Positions 24,901 through 38,985 of a DNA stretch of 64,000 bases are shown here, piece after piece. Made by a program: the position numbers and the translations under genes. This stretch comes from Mobula hypostoma (taxonomy: Eukaryota): positions 71,736,001 through 71,800,000 of the forward strand of contig NC_086108.1 of NCBI RefSeq assembly GCF_963921235.1, given 5' to 3'. Numbering within the stretch: the first letter of the stretch is position 1; each line of letters starts with the position of its first letter. Below the pieces are notes generated by a model. That model saw only the letters and a program-made list of their open reading frames with translations, was not told the origin of the DNA and did not search any database.

Positions 24901-25430
24901 ATTTGTGCTGTGACCCATTCTAACAACCTTTCTCGGGAGCATCATTGAGAGGGTCCTGTCTGGCTACATCATTGTGTGGTACAGAGACTGAAAGGTGTCA
25001 GACCACAAGACCCTACAGGGGACAGTGAAAACTGCTGAGAGGATCATGAGGGTCTCGCCCCCTACTGTTTGTGACATTTACTGGGAACATTGTAGACAAA
25101 GGGCCTAATGCGTTGTTGAGGACCCCTACCACCCGTCCATCAATCTCTGTGACCCACTACTGTCAGGAAGGAGGTACAGAAGCATCAGACTAGGACTGTC
25201 AGGCTGTCAGACAGACTGCTGAATAGGAGGTCCCACCACTAGGACTGCGAGCTGCTTACTATACAGTTTCCTGTTTACCTGTGCTGTGCTATTATATTTT
25301 ATTAACTTATTTATCGTATAATATTTTGGTTTATGTGCTGTGTGTGATATTGTTCTGTGGGTGCACCATGGTCTGGGAAAACATTATTTCCTTCGGTTGC
25401 ATAGTCAGATAACTATAAACGTGAATTTGA
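21955..25430 (+). mobile_element. Rex1/Babar LINE RT region, split by a CR1 insertion
   Basis: MKSFEQLV, LDPFQFAYR, VDFSSVFNTI, STGAPQGC, FADDT; continues after 24675 with NNLSLN...EMIVDF. Confidence 0.88.
22552..24674 (-). mobile_element. CR1 LINE, 5'-truncated and decayed
   Basis: ORFs 22933-23304, 23374-23769 and 23676-23987 with CR1 RT motifs; (TCTTATGG)n-type tail. Confidence 0.93.
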
Positions 25431-26269
25431 GCTGTCTGTATGCTGGGAGTAGAAATCCGGTCAAGTGATCAGACTTGTCAAAGTGCGGCAGTGAGATGGC
25501 ACGGTCGTGTAACAGTCATCAGGTGAGTTGGCTCCTCAGATTCCACAGGTGACATGTTGCTGGTGGTTGTTGAGAGACTTTTCCAAGTTGGCTTGGTTGA
25601 AGTGCCCTGTGATGATTGGACAGGCATTAGGCTGTGCTATCCCATGACTGCTAATCACAGTGTTTTGCTCCTCCAATGCCAAGACTCCGAAGATATTTTG
25701 TAACCATGTGAATCTGACTGAATATCATTGTCTGCCAGAAGGGATCTGTCATATGACACTATCTCAAGATCTTTGGCTTTCTATTGATTGTCAGTTATTG
25801 AGGATGTCTTGTGCCTACTTATCTTCCCCTACAGGCTTGCTTCCTGTGGCTGTCTGGGAGACCCAGTGGGCTGCTGGCTGCACCAAAGCAGAGGGCAGAC
25901 ATAGCCCACTGCAGCAGGATGATAGGAGAGCACTGGTTCCAGGCTCCATGCTTCCCTTCCACTTAGACCAGAATGATTGAAAATTCATTTCCTAATTTCA
26001 ATGTGCTGACTATGTAAATCAATTAATATAGCATATGACAAAGCCAAAAGTAATTTCCCAGTGAGTCATCCTTATCACCCCGGTAACCTAAGCCGTCACT
26101 GGCAAATAAAGAGCTGGTAAAACCAGTACTATTAAATAGAATTGCAAGTGCTCTTTAGATTAAGGAAGAAGTTACGAGAAAATTGCTTAGGTCAACTACA
26201 CCCAAACCTAATCCTTTACTTATTTGTGCATGATCATGTAGTCTGTGTTAAGAATATTTTCAAAACACG

Positions 26270-29088
26270 TGGAATTATGACGTTATAGCAATTAGTGAAA
26301 CTTGGCTACAGGAGGGGCAGGACTGGCAGCTTAATATTCCAGGGTTCCGATGTTTTAGATGTGATCGAGGCAGAGGAATGAAAGGTGGGGGAGTAGCATT
26401 GCTTGTTGGGGAAAATATTACAGCAGTGCTCAGGCAGGACAGATTAGAGGGCTTGTCTACTGAGTCCTTATGGGTGGAGCTGAGAAACAGAAAAGGTATG
26501 GCCACATTAGTGGGGTTGTATTACAGACCACCAAATAGTCAACGAGACTTGGAAGAGCAAATCTGCAGAGAGATAGCAGAAAACTGCAGGAAACATAAAG
26601 TTGTGGTGATAGGGGATTTTAATTTTCCACATATTGATTGGGACTCCCATACTGTTAGGGGTCTAGATGGTTTAGAGTTTGTAAAATGTGTTCAGGAAAG
26701 TTTTCTAAATCAATATATAGAGGGACCAACTAGAGGGGATGCAATATTGGATCTCCTGTTAGGAAACGAGTTAGGACAAGTGACAGAAGTCTGTGTAGGG
26801 GAGCACTTTGGTTCCAGTGATCATAACACCATTAGTTTCAATTTGATCATGGACAAGGATAGATCTGGTCCTAGGGTTGAGGTTCTGAACTGGAAGAAGG
26901 CCAAATTTGAAGAAATGAGAAAGGATCTAAAAAGCGTGGATTGGGACAGGTTGTTCTCTGGCAAAGATGTGATCAGTAGGTGGGAAGCCTTCAAAGGAGA
27001 AATTTTGAGAGTGCAGAGTTTGTATGTTCCTGTCAGGATTAAAGGCAAAGTGAATAGGAATAAGGAACCTTAGTTCTCAAGGGATATTGCAACTCTGATA
27101 AAGAAGAAGAGGCAGTTGTATGAAATATATAGGAAACAGGGAGTAAATCAGGTGCTTGAGGAGTATAAGAAGTGCAAGAAAATACTTAAGAAAGTAATCA
27201 GGAGGGCTAAAAGAAGACATGAGGTTGCCTTGGCAGTCAAAGTGAAGGATAATCCAAAGAGCTTTTACAGGTATATTAAGAGCAAAAGGATTGTAAGGAA
27301 TAAAATTGGTCCTCTTGAAGATCAGAGTGGTCGGCTATGTGCGGAGCCAAAGGAAATGGGGAGATCTTAAATAGGTTTTTTGCATTTGTATTTACTAAGG
27401 AAACTGGCATGAAGTCTATCCAATTAAGGGAAACAAGTAGTGAGATCATGGAAACTGTACAGATTGAAAGGGAGGAGGTGCTTGCTGTCTTGAGGAAAAT
27501 TAAAGTGGATAAATCCTCGCGACCTGACAGGGTGTTCCCTTGGACCTTGAAGGAGACTAGTGTTGAAATTGTGGGGGCCCTGGCAGAAATATTTAAAATG
27601 TCACTATCTATGGGTGAGGTGCCGGAGGATTGGAGAGTGGCTCATGTTGTTCCGTTGTTTAAAAAAAGATCGAAAAGTAATCCGGAAAATTATAGGCCAG
27701 TAAATTTAACGTCGGTAGTAGGTAAGTTATTGGAGGGAGTACTAAGAGACAGAATCTACAAGCATTTGGATAGACAGGGACTTATTAGGGAGAGTCAACA
27801 TGGCTTTGTGTGTGGTAGGTCATGTTTGACCAATCTATTGGAGTTTTTCGAGGAGGTTACCAGGAAAGTGGATGAAGGGTAGGCAGTGGATATTGTCTAC
27901 ATGGACTTCAGTAAGGCCTTTGACAAGGTCCCGCATGGGAGGTTAGTTAGGAAAATTCAGTCGCTAGGTATACATGGAGAGGTGGTAAATTGGAATTAGA
28001 CATTGGCTCAATGGAAGAAGCCAAAGAGTGGTAGTAGAGAATTGCTTCTCCGAGTGGAGGCCTGTGACTAGTGGTGTGCCTCAGGGATCAGTGTTGGGTC
28101 CATTGTTATTTGTCATCTATATCAATGATCTGGATGATAATGTGGTAAATTGGATCAACAAATTTGCTGATGATACAAAGATTGGAGGTGTAGTAGACAG
28201 TGAGGAAGGTTTTCAGAGCCTGCAGAGGGACTTGGACCAGCTGGAAAAATGGGCTGAAAAATGGCAGATGAATTTTAATACAGACAAGTGTGAGGTATTG
28301 CACGTTGGAAGGACAAACCAAGGTAGAACATACAGGGTTAATGGTGAGGCACTGCGGAGTGCAGTAGAACAGAGGGATCTGGGAATACGGATACAAAGTT
28401 CCCCAAAAGTGGTGTCACAGGTAGATAGGGTCGTAAAGAGAGCTTTTGGTACATTGGCCTTTATTAATCAAAGTATTGAGTATAAGAGCTGGAATGTTAT
28501 GATGAGGTTGTATAAGGCATTGGTGAGGCCGAATCTGGAGTATCGTGTTCAGTTTTGGTCACCAAATTACAGGATGGATATAAATAAGGTTGAAAGAGTG
28601 CAGAGAAGGTTTACAAGGATGTTTCCGGGACTTGAGAAACTCAGTTACAGAGAAAGGTTGAATAGGTTAGGACTTTATTCCCTGGAGCGTAGAAGAATGA
28701 GGGGAGATTTGATAGAGGTATATAAAATTATGATGGGTATAGATAGAGTGAATGCAAGCAAGCTTTTTCCACTGAGGCAAGGGGAGAAAGAAACCAGAGG
28801 ACATGGGTTAAGGGTGAGGGGGGAAAAGTTTAAAGGGAACATTAGGGGTGGCTTCTTCACACAGAGAGTGGTAGGAGTATGGAATGAGTTGCCAGATGAG
28901 GTGGTAAATGTGGGTTCTTTTTTAACATTTAAGAATAAATTGGACAGATACATGGATGGGAGGTGTATGGAGGGATATGGTCCGTGTGCAGGTCAGTGGG
29001 ACTAGGCAGAAAATGGTTCGGCACAGCCAAGAAGGGCCAAAAGGCCTGTTTCTGTGCTGTAGTTTTCTATGGTTTCTATGGTTTCTAT
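26270..29088 (+). mobile_element. CR1 LINE, near-complete ORF2, lightly mutated
   Basis: APE 26378-27073; RT 27337-29005; tail ttctatggtttctatggtttctat. Confidence 0.96.
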
Positions 29089-29354
29089 TGAGATAAAGAA
29101 ACATGATTTTATTTTTGAGATTAGTTTGGATGGGGGTTGTGTATAGGAATAATTTAAATTTACCATGTATCTATGATCTCCATGTAGGTGAGAAGGTGAT
29201 TCTAAGAAATGGTATTGGTGCTTAAGCGTGATCATTATTCTCTGATGACATCATAATGTCTGACGTTAACCTGAGCAAGGAAAACATGGCTCATTTCCTG
29301 TCAGCCCAACCCATGGCCAGCGGTAGATAGCAACTTGCAAACAATTCTGTAAAA

Positions 29355-32250
29355 CTATAAGACAGAGGAGCAGAATTAGGCCATTCAGCCCATTGAATCT
29401 GCTCTGTCTTTCCATCATGGCTGATTCTGGATCCCACTCAGCCCCGTGCACCTACCTTCTCACTATATCGTTTGATGCCCTGACCTCCTTAAATATAGTC
29501 ACTAACTTGATCTCTACTGCAGTCTGTCGCAGAGCATTCCACAGATTCTCTACTCTCTGGCTTTCCACCTTACTTCTGTTCTAAAAGGTCGCCTCTCAAT
29601 TCTGAGGTAGTACCCTTTAGTTCGGTATATCCCCACCAGAGGAAACATTCTCTCCACATCTACCCTATCTAGTCCTTTCAACGTTCGACAGGTTTCAATG
29701 AGATCTCCACACATTCTTCTAAATTCAAGTGAGTACAGGCCCAAAGCTGCCAAATGTTCCTCATCTGTTAATCCTTTCATTCCTGGGATCATCCTCGTGA
29801 ACCTCCTCTGGACTCTTTTCAATGACAGCACCTTTTCTGGATATGGAGCCCAAAACTGTTGACAATATTCCCAAGTGGGGCCTGACTAGTGTCTTATAAA
29901 GCCTCAGCATTATCTTCTTGCTTTTATATTCTATTCCCCTTGAAATAAATGCCAACACTGCATTTGCCTTCTTTACCACAGATCCAACCTGTAAATTAAC
30001 CTTCAGGGAGTCTTGCATGAGGACTCACAAGTCCTTCTGCACCGCTGATGTTTGAACCTTCACCTATTTAGATAATAGTCTGCACTATTGTTCCTTTTAC
30101 CAAATGCATTGCCAAACATTTCCCAACACAGTATTCCATCTGCCACTTTTTTGCCCATTCTTCCAATTTGTCTAAATCCTCTGTAATCGCATTGTTTCCT
30201 CAGCACTACCTACCCCTCCACCTATCTTTGTATCATCCGCAAACTTTGCCACTATGCCATCAATTCCATTATCTAAATTATTGACAAACAATGTGTAAAG
30301 TAGTGGTCTCATTACTGACCCCTGAGGAACACCACTAGTCACTGGCAGCCAACCAGAAAAGGCCCCTTTTATTTCCACTTGCTGCCTCCCACCTGTCAGC
30401 CATTCCTTTATCCATGCCAATATCTTTCCTGTAACACCATAGGATTTTATCTTATTAAGCAACCTCATATGTGGTACTTTATCAAATGCCCTCTGTAAAA
30501 CCAAGTAAATGACATCCACTGCCTCTCCTTTGTCCACCCTGCTTGTTATTTCCTCTAAGAAATCTGAAAGGCATGGCATCCCTTTACAGAAATCGTACTG
30601 ACTTCAACTGATTTTATCAGTAGTCTCCAAGTTCCCCGAAACCCCTCCTTAAAAATAGACTCCAACACTTTCCCAACCACTGAGGTTAAGCTAACTGGCT
30701 TATAATTTCCTTTCTTTTGCCTTCCTCTCTTCTTAAAGAGTGGAGTGACATTTGCAATTTTCCGGTCCTCCGGGGCCATGCCAGAATCAAGTGATTCTTG
30801 ACAGATCATGACCAATACATATGTTATCTCTTCAGGCACCTCTCTCACAACTCTTGAATGTTGTCCATCTGGTCCAGGTGACTTATCCACCTTAAGACCT
30901 TTGAGTTTGCCCAGCACTTTTTCCTTCGTAACAGCTCACTCCTGCTCCCTGACACTCACGGACCTCTGGCACACTGCTAGTGTCTTCCACAGTGAAGACA
31001 GATGCAAAGTACCCATTAAATTCATTTTCCATTTCTTTGTCCCCCATTACTACCTCACCAGCATAATTTCCCGGTGGTTCAGTATCAACTCTCACCTCCC
31101 TCTTACTCCTATATAACTGAAAAAGCTTTTGGTATTCGCATTTATATTTTTGGCTAGTTTGCCCTCATATTTCACCTTTTAAGTTGCCTTATGTTGGATT
31201 TTAAAAACTTCCCAATCATCCAAATTCCCACTCACTTTTGCGACTTTATATGCCCTTTCCTTGCCTTTTGTGCAGCCCTTAACTTCCATTATCAGTCACG
31301 GTTGCCAACCCTTGCCACTTGAGAACTTCTTCTTCTGTAGGACATATCTATCTTGTGCCTTGCGAACTATCCCCAGAAACCTCAGCCATCTCTGCTCTAC
31401 CTTCATGCCCACCAGTATCCTCCTCCAATCCACCTGGGCAAGCTCCTTTCTCATGCCTCTGTAATTCCCTTTATTCCATTGCAGCACTGATACATGTGAC
31501 TTGTGATTCCCCTTATCAAATTCCATTTCTTTACATTAAGCTCCCTAATAAAATCTGGATTATTACACAACCCCCAATCTAAGATAGCCTCCCCAAGGAG
31601 GCTCAAGCACAAGCTGCTCTAAAAAGCCATCTTGTAGGTATTCAACAAATTCCCTCTCTTGCAATACGACACCAGCCTGATTTTCCCAATCGCCTTGCAC
31701 ATTGAAGTCCTCCATTATAGTTGTGTCATTACCCTTATTACATGCCTTTTCCAGCTTCCTTTGCAATCTCAACCCCACATCTTGACTACTATTTGGAGGC
31801 ATATATACGATCCTCATAATTTTTTTTACCTTTGCAGTTTCGTAACTCCACCCACAAAGCTTCGACATTCTCTGACCTTATGTCATCTCTTTCTAAAGAT
31901 GTAATTCCATCTCTTAACAACAGAGCCACACCACCACTTATGCCTTCTTGCCTGTCCTTTCAATACAAAGTATATCCTTTAATGTTAAGCTCCCAACTAT
32001 GGCCTTCTTTCAGCTATTACTCAGTGATGCCCACAATGTCATACCGACCAATCTCTAATTGTGCCTCAATTTCATCCACCTTATTCCAAATTCTATGCGC
32101 ATTTAAATACAGCACCTTTAGTCCTGCATTCTTTGCCCTTTTGAATTTTTCCTCAGTGTTATAGTTTAACTCTTTTTTTCAGTCTGCATTTGTACCCAGT
32201 CATTGGCTTGTCCTTCCTTACATTAATGTTACATTCATCATCTATTTGTA
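29355..32250 (-). mobile_element. CR1 LINE ORF2, decayed
   Basis: Fragmented minus-strand ORFs with KSPGPDG, GVPQGS, FADD and APE motifs. Confidence 0.93.
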
Positions 32251-32954
32251 AACGTGTATATTTACTTGTTGGCAGTAGCAGGAATAAGGTCACTCCTTCC
32301 GGCCAAGAAAGGAAAGTTTAATTGTTTCTAGCCTCAGGCACTTATCCATCCCAAATGGTTACGTGAGTGTTGGGATGTGCTTGTTTGGTTCCTAGCGGTG
32401 GTCTCCTGCTGTTTCAAATTGTGCTTCTGATCTCTGCTGTTCTATTGAATCATAGAGTACACAACTGGCATGTAAGAGCTTCCTTTTGGAAAGCAACCCA
32501 GTCAATCCCATTCATTTCCTCCCCACTTCATACCTGAAATCAATTATGTCCTGGAAATTTGATGAATCACATATATCTGCAGAGAGCAGATTGCAATGAG
32601 TTGCCATGCTCTTTTTCACTCATCTTATCAGATCATTCTGTACCATAACCTATAATCTAAAACAATCTACTTTTGACCAGTTTTGGTTCTTTACCTTAAA
32701 CCTATGCCTTTCTCTTTAATCTAGTCTTTCTAAATTATTCACCAGTTTAAAATCCTGCTTCTCTTCTTATTTGGTTGCTGGTCTAAGAGAAAATCCGCAG
32801 ATGCATTTGCCCATCCACATAATAATAAATGCTTGATTTTGAAACTATTCAAGAAATATCTTGGATTGAAAATCTTAATGATCTTCCCAGAGTGTGATTA
32901 CTGGAACTAGACACAATATTCCATTGGGGCTGACTTCATCTCCGCTGTACCCCC

Positions 32955-33327
32955 ATGAAGCCCTCCATTGGCCGATGTCGACCATGGATATTGCATCCTA
33001 GCTGTCGTTGTGATACACAAGCCAAGACAGTATGAAAGGAGACAAAGTTGTCGCCCATGCATCAGGTTTGCCTCTACATGGAGCTAATGAGTCCAAAGGA
33101 ACGGCGGAGACCAACACAGTTTGGCACCAGCGGCATCGCAAAAGTTGCCATTTAGCACTGAGCTCAAAATATAACTGCCTTAGGGACTCCAGCTCTGGAT
33201 CGTTCCTCAGGGTTTATTGCCAAAGACTTCCCTATGAGTGTGTATAGTTGCAAGTTAGTGAAGGTTTGAGATCAGAGTTTTCCTTCTAGATGAGCTGCCA
33301 CCCGTGGCTGACGAGCACATCTGCCCA
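32955..33327 (-). mobile_element. RTE 5'-UTR-derived element
   Basis: Minus strand gggcagat..gctcgtcagcc...ggcagctcatctagaaggaaaactctgatctcaaacc resembles RTE 5' UTRs as I recall them. Confidence 0.5.
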
Positions 33328-34320
33328 ACGTCTTTGTATCTCATGCCTTTATATATCCTTAGCTTTATATAAAAAAAATCATAGTTAAATGTTTCTCTTC
33401 ATCACCTACATTCATTATTTTGGATGTATTTAGACATTACTATTATGAGGGAAGTCCCAGTATTTAAAAGCATTGAAGCAGAAAAAAGGTTTTAATTCAT
33501 ATACTGCTTTTCTCAACACTTTCATAGTATTGCCAAGTGCTTTATGATTATTGAAATACTTGTGAAAGTATTGTTGCATCTGAGTAGACAAAGCCAGGAA
33601 TGAAAAATTGGAGAGGCTAAAGAATTGGCTGTGTAATCCTCATAAGATCTGGTTTTGCTTTTTCATGCTTTGCTGAAATTAGTGAAGTAAACCTGAATGG
33701 AGGAATGACAAAACCTCTATCTGATGCTGGAAATTAAAAGCAGGTTGGATGGCATAAGGAAAAAAAAAAAGAAAAAATAGCTAAACATTATGGTTCAAGG
33801 ACCTAGCATTAGAGCTCTGCTTCACTCTCTACAAATGGTGCCAAACTGCTGAATATTTCTAGTGGTCTTTTCTTCATTGGCGATCCACCTCCCAAGCATT
33901 GATAGGCTCTTTTATCTGTAGTTTTCAAAATGAAATCAATTACATTGTATTGATTATCTCAGTGTTTCATCTGGAACCACAAGGCTAGATGATTCCCACT
34001 TCAAAGTTCTAAAGAAGGTGGCTGAGGAAACAAAGGAAGGTGTACCCATAAACTTCCTAAGATAATTATTTTTGGAATTGTTACCATAGATTGTTAAATT
34101 GCAGATTGAATGCCATTATTTTGATAAAGAGAACAAGAAACCAGGAAATTACAGTCTAACACTAGTTCTGGGGAAGTGATTCCTTAGTAATCTATAATTA
34201 AAATGACTAAGTGCCAAGCAACTTGAGCCGAAGATAGAACTTGTCAGGTAGATGTAACGATTAGGTCGTACTCAAGATGCTTATTGAATTTTTGAGGAAG
34301 TACAAAAGAAGTAATTAATA

Positions 34321-35275
34321 AACATGAGAAATTCTGCTGGTGCTGGAAATCCAAAGAAACACACATAAAATCTTGGAGAGACTCAGCAGATCAGACAGCA
34401 TTCATAGAAATGAACAGTCAACATTTCAGGTTGATGCCCTTCTTCAGGGCTGAAAAGGGGGATGACGCCAGAATAAAAAGATGGGGGTGGTGGTGGAGAG
34501 AAAGGAGGATGGCTAGAAGGTGGATAGGAGAAGTAGAGGGCTGGAGAGGAAGGAATCTGATAGGAGAGGAGAGTGAACCATAGGGAAAAGGGAAGCAGGA
34601 AGAGCCCAGAAGGAGGTGATAGGCAGGTGAAAAGAAGTAAGAGGCCATAGTGGAGGCTACCCAGATGGAATATAAGGTGCTACTCTTCCACCCTGAGTCT
34701 GGCCTCATCATGGCATGAGGAAGCCTTTGTCTGATGTGTCGGAAGGGGAATGAGAATTGGAATAAAGATATTTCGCCACTGGGAAATTCTGCTTTTGGTG
34801 AATGAAACAGAGGTGCTCTACGAAGCAGTACCCCAATTTACAATGGGTCTCAGCAATGTAGAAGAGGCCACTGTAGGAGCACTGGACACAATAGACGACC
34901 CCAGCAGATTCGCAGGTAAAGCGTTTCCTCACCTTGAAGGACTTTTTGGGTTTTTGGGGCCCTGAATGGAGGCGATGGAGGAAGTAAATGGGCAGGTGTG
35001 GCATATTGGTTGCTTGCAGGGGTAAGTGCTGGAAGGGAGATTAGTGGGAAGGGATGAATAGACTAGGGAATCATGGAGGGAGCAATCCTCGTGAAAAGCA
35101 GAAATGGGTGGAGGTAAAGTGTTTGGTGGTAGGATTCTTTTGGAGATGGCGGAAGTTGCAGATGATGATGTGTTGGATGCGGAGACATGGGGTGGTAGGT
35201 AAGAACAAGGGGAACTCTATCACAGTTAAGGTAGTGGGAAGATGGGGGAAGTGCAGATGTTTGGAAAGAGGAGGA
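34321..35275 (-). mobile_element. Penelope-like element 3' part with hammerhead motif at 34415-34452
   Basis: FTCESAGVVYCVQC...YIAET GIY-YIG; minus strand cagccCTGAAGAagggcatcaacctGAAAtgttgactg; tail. Confidence 0.88.
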
Positions 35276-35279
35276 GAGA

Positions 35280-36352
35280 TTTATTAAGATCTAAACTACA
35301 TATATTTTCTACTAGCCCGGATAAGAACATAATAGATGTAATTTTTAATTTAAAGCCTTTTGATAATGGCTCAATATCTTATATTTATGGTCTGTTGTTG
35401 GGACTGAGAATGGCTCCTTTAGACAAAATTAAAAAAGATTGGGAAAAGGATTTACAGACTTCATTATCTGATGAGACCTGGAGGGCTATTTTCAAAATGG
35501 TTAATTCTTCATCATTATGTGCTCGTCACTCCCTCCTACAACTTAAAGTGGTACAGAGGGCTCATATGTCTAAAGACAAGCTCTCTCGTTTTTTTGCAGA
35601 TATATCTCCTTATTGTGATAGATGTAATAATGGAGAGGCTTCATTAATTCATATATTTTGGTCATGTTCGAGCCTTGAAAAATATTGGGAAGATGTATTC
35701 CGAACTTTTTCTGTACTTTTTAAAGTTAATTTTAAGCCCAATCCTTTGACTGCCTTATTTGGTATTGTTGAGGAAAGAGCTATAATTTTGGAGCCTTCTC
35801 ATTTGCGGGTATTGGCTTTTATTTCTCTTATGTCTAGGAGGGCGATCTTGCTTAAATGGAAGGAGGTTCCCCACCCCCCCCACACATGCTCAATGGTTAT
35901 GCGATGTTATATCATGTTTAAATTTAGAGAAGATTCGTTGTTCGATTTCTGATTCTAATCAAGATTTTTAAATGTTATGGGGACCCTTTCTGAACTATTT
36001 TGAAAATCTTTGAATTGTTGTTGTTATTGAAATATAGATCTGGGCTATTATAAAACACTAAATGGTAAAGTACTCTTATTTTTTCCTTTTGTTTTTTTAA
36101 CCAAGCCGCTTTGTCTTGGTAATGGGTGTAGATTTTTTTATAATATAATTAAAAATATTATTGTATTTCATAATTCAATTTATTTTATTTTATTGATCAT
36201 GAATACAAGATACCGTGAATGTATCAGTGTGATTTATATATAGTGCATTTTGTGCTACCTTATTTTGATTTATAATAAGTATGCTTATGTATTCTGTATT
36301 TGTGTATATGAAATTTAATAAAAATATTGGAAAAAGAAAAGAAAGAAAGAAA
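35280..36352 (+). mobile_element. L1-clade LINE 3' end
   Basis: KKDWEKDL, QLKVVQR, CCHC knuckle CDRC...SLIHIFWSC, YW; AT-rich 3' UTR; AATAAA and A-rich tail. Confidence 0.9.
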
Positions 36353-36794
36353 TTAAAGATCTTGCATTTGGGCTCTTTCCTCTAAGGAACAGTTTAATAA
36401 TGTTACATTTGTGGATAAACTTTGGCTGCCAAGTTTATTCGAAGATGTGGAGCTACGACAGGTGGATAGAGTTAAGCTCGCATTAGAGCATCTATTCCTA
36501 TATCCGTCACAGAAGTGGCATCCAAAGTTCTCCTTGGCCTTAAACTGATTTATTGTGATATAACAATGACAGTGACTGAAGCACAATCTCCTGTTACCAT
36601 TTAACCGTAAATGATTCCTTTGTAACTGAGGACTGAACAAAGCAGAACATTCAATAAGTCAGACTGCCTCTGCGGGGAGAGAAGAGTGGTCATTTTAGAT
36701 CATTGATCTTCTTTGTCAGAGCTATTGATAGAAAGTCATTGTCTGCAAATGTTAATTCTGTTATTCTCTCCACAAATGGTGCCCTGAGCTAATA

Positions 36795-38650
36795 TAGAAT
36801 AAGCAAGCACAAGAACAGGCTCTTTGGCCCATCAGGTCTGTACCAACCATGACAACAAACTAATTAATGCAATCTGCCTGCACCTGCTCCATATCCCTCT
36901 ATTTGCTGCATGTTTATGTTTGTCTAGTTTCCTGTAATATCAGCCTCTACCACCTCCCTTGGCTGTGCATTCCAGGCAGATCATTCTCTGGATAAAGCTA
37001 AAACTTGCCTTACAACGTCTCCTTTAAACTTTCTCCTTCATTGCTCTAGAGAAAGCAATGCTTGCTTGACCAACCACTCTATGTAGTTAATGCACTTTCA
37101 TTCACTCTTGTGACCCCTCCTGCACTCTTTCCAAAGCCACCACATCCTTCCTACAGTGTGGTAACCTGAACTGCACACGCTACTCTAAATGGTGCCCAAC
37201 CAAGGTTTTGTACTACTTCAACATGACTTGCCAAGTGCTTCAGATCCATTTGTATTGCTAATTTTAGCCAGATATGGACTTGCTACTGGGTACTTCCAGT
37301 TTTTCCCATTTTGTTTTAGACCCTGGAGCGAGGAGAATGATAGGAGATATTCAAGGATTTAGGGATATAGATAGGGTAAATGCAAACAGGCTTCTTCCAC
37401 TGAGGTTGGTGAGATGAGATCTAGAGGTCATAGGTTAAGGGTGAAAAGTGAAATATTTAAGTGGAACCAGAGGGAACAGGCTTCCAGCAGAAGTGCTGGA
37501 TGTGGGTTTGATTTTAACATTTAATAGAAATTGGATAAGTACATGGATGGGTGAGGTATGGAGGATTGTGGTCCTGGTGCAAGTCTATGGATTAAGCAGA
37601 ATAACAGTTCACCACCCTGGAGGTTCTAACCTTTAACTAAGCACCTCATTCCCTGAACTCACTTTGCAGGACCTCGTCACACTTCCTGGTACAGATGTAG
37701 ACCATGACTTCTGGCTACTCACTCTCCCTGTTAAGAATGCTGTGAACTCAGTTTGAGATGTGCCTGACCCTAGCACCTGGGAGGCAACATACCATCTGTG
37801 AACCTAGTTCTCGTCCACAGAACTCCTATCTGTTTTCCTTACCAGTGAATCCTCTATCACGACTGCTCTCCTCTTCTCTTCCCCTTGCCTCCTGAGGAAT
37901 AGAGCCAGCTCAATGGCAGAGACCTGGATGCCGTGGCCTTCCGCTGGTGGGCTGTCCTCTCAACAGTATCCAAAGCAGTATACCTGTTATTGAGGAGAAC
38001 GGTCACGGTGGTACCTGCACTGGCTCTCTAACCCCTTTCCCTCTCCTGACGGTGACCCTGTTATCTGTGTCCTGCACCTGAGATGTAACAACCTCCTGTA
38101 TTTCCTGTCAATTCTTCCCTTCAGCCTCCCAAATGACCTGGAGTTCGTCCAGCTCCAGTTCTGTAATGTAAGAAGCTGCAGCCGGATTTACTTCTTGCTG
38201 GGGTAGCCATCAGGGACACTGGAATTCTCCCTGTCATACCACATCCTGCAAGAGGAGTTCTCTACTGTCCTGACTGTCATCCCCGTGTCTCCACCTATGA
38301 AATAAGACCGTAAGGCTATGAGACATAGGAACAGAATTAGGCCATTCGGCCCATTGAGTGCTCTGTCATTCCATCATGGCTGATCGCAGATCCCACTCAA
38401 CCCTATACACCTGCCCTCTCACCATGTCCTTTAATGGTCTGACTAATCAGGAAAATATCAATGTCCGCCTTAAATATACCCATAGACTTGGCTTCCACTG
38501 CAGTCTGTGGCAAAGCATTCCACAGATTCAGTAGAAGTAAGAAAGAAACTTCCCAGAAGCTTACCTTTGCTTCCATGTCTTTCTATTGAAGCCTCTTAAG
38601 CCAAAGCCTCAATTTTTCCACTCTTACTCTAGCCCGCACTAAGACTGTCC
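36795..38650. mobile_element. Cluster of old CR1 fragments (3' ends on both strands; minus-strand ORF1 remnant 37620-38650 with a CR1 3' end inserted at ~38305-38530)
   Basis: Similarity to CR1 3' ends and to the ORF1 region at 20950-21750. Confidence 0.7.
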
Positions 38651-38699
38651 TCTCTGCTTTAAACTAACTTCTTTTTATTGGCACTTGCCAAGTGCCTAA

Positions 38700-38985
38700 T
38701 AACTCCACCATGGATGGTCCTACGCCTGACTGAGAAAGGAGTGTTGGGCATGGGGCGAGCAACCCCATCTTGTAAAAGCCCAGAGCTACAGAAACACCAA
38801 CAGGAGCTCCAAAGATCCCATCCCTGGGAGAGAAGAATCTTTGCCTAGAAGCCGTAGAAGTCATGTGATGAAAGTGGAAGCCACAGGGTCAATCGACCTT
38901 CGGCCCAGGCCAGAGGGCTCTGGTGTGCTGCTGTCGGCAGCCTATGCCCCAGTAGTGTTGATAGACTTATGAAGAAGAAGAAGAA
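38700..38985 (+). mobile_element. Bipartite RTE-derived SINE-like element
   Basis: 5'-UTR-like ttgggcatggggcgagcaaccccatc..gtaaaa joined to an RTE-like 3' end (gcccagg.cagagggctctgg...cctatgcccc) and (GAA)n tail. Confidence 0.6.

Noticed and set aside
35242..35952. 236-aa host protein
   Set aside because: L1 ORF2 C-terminus with its start borrowed from adjacent PLE sequence
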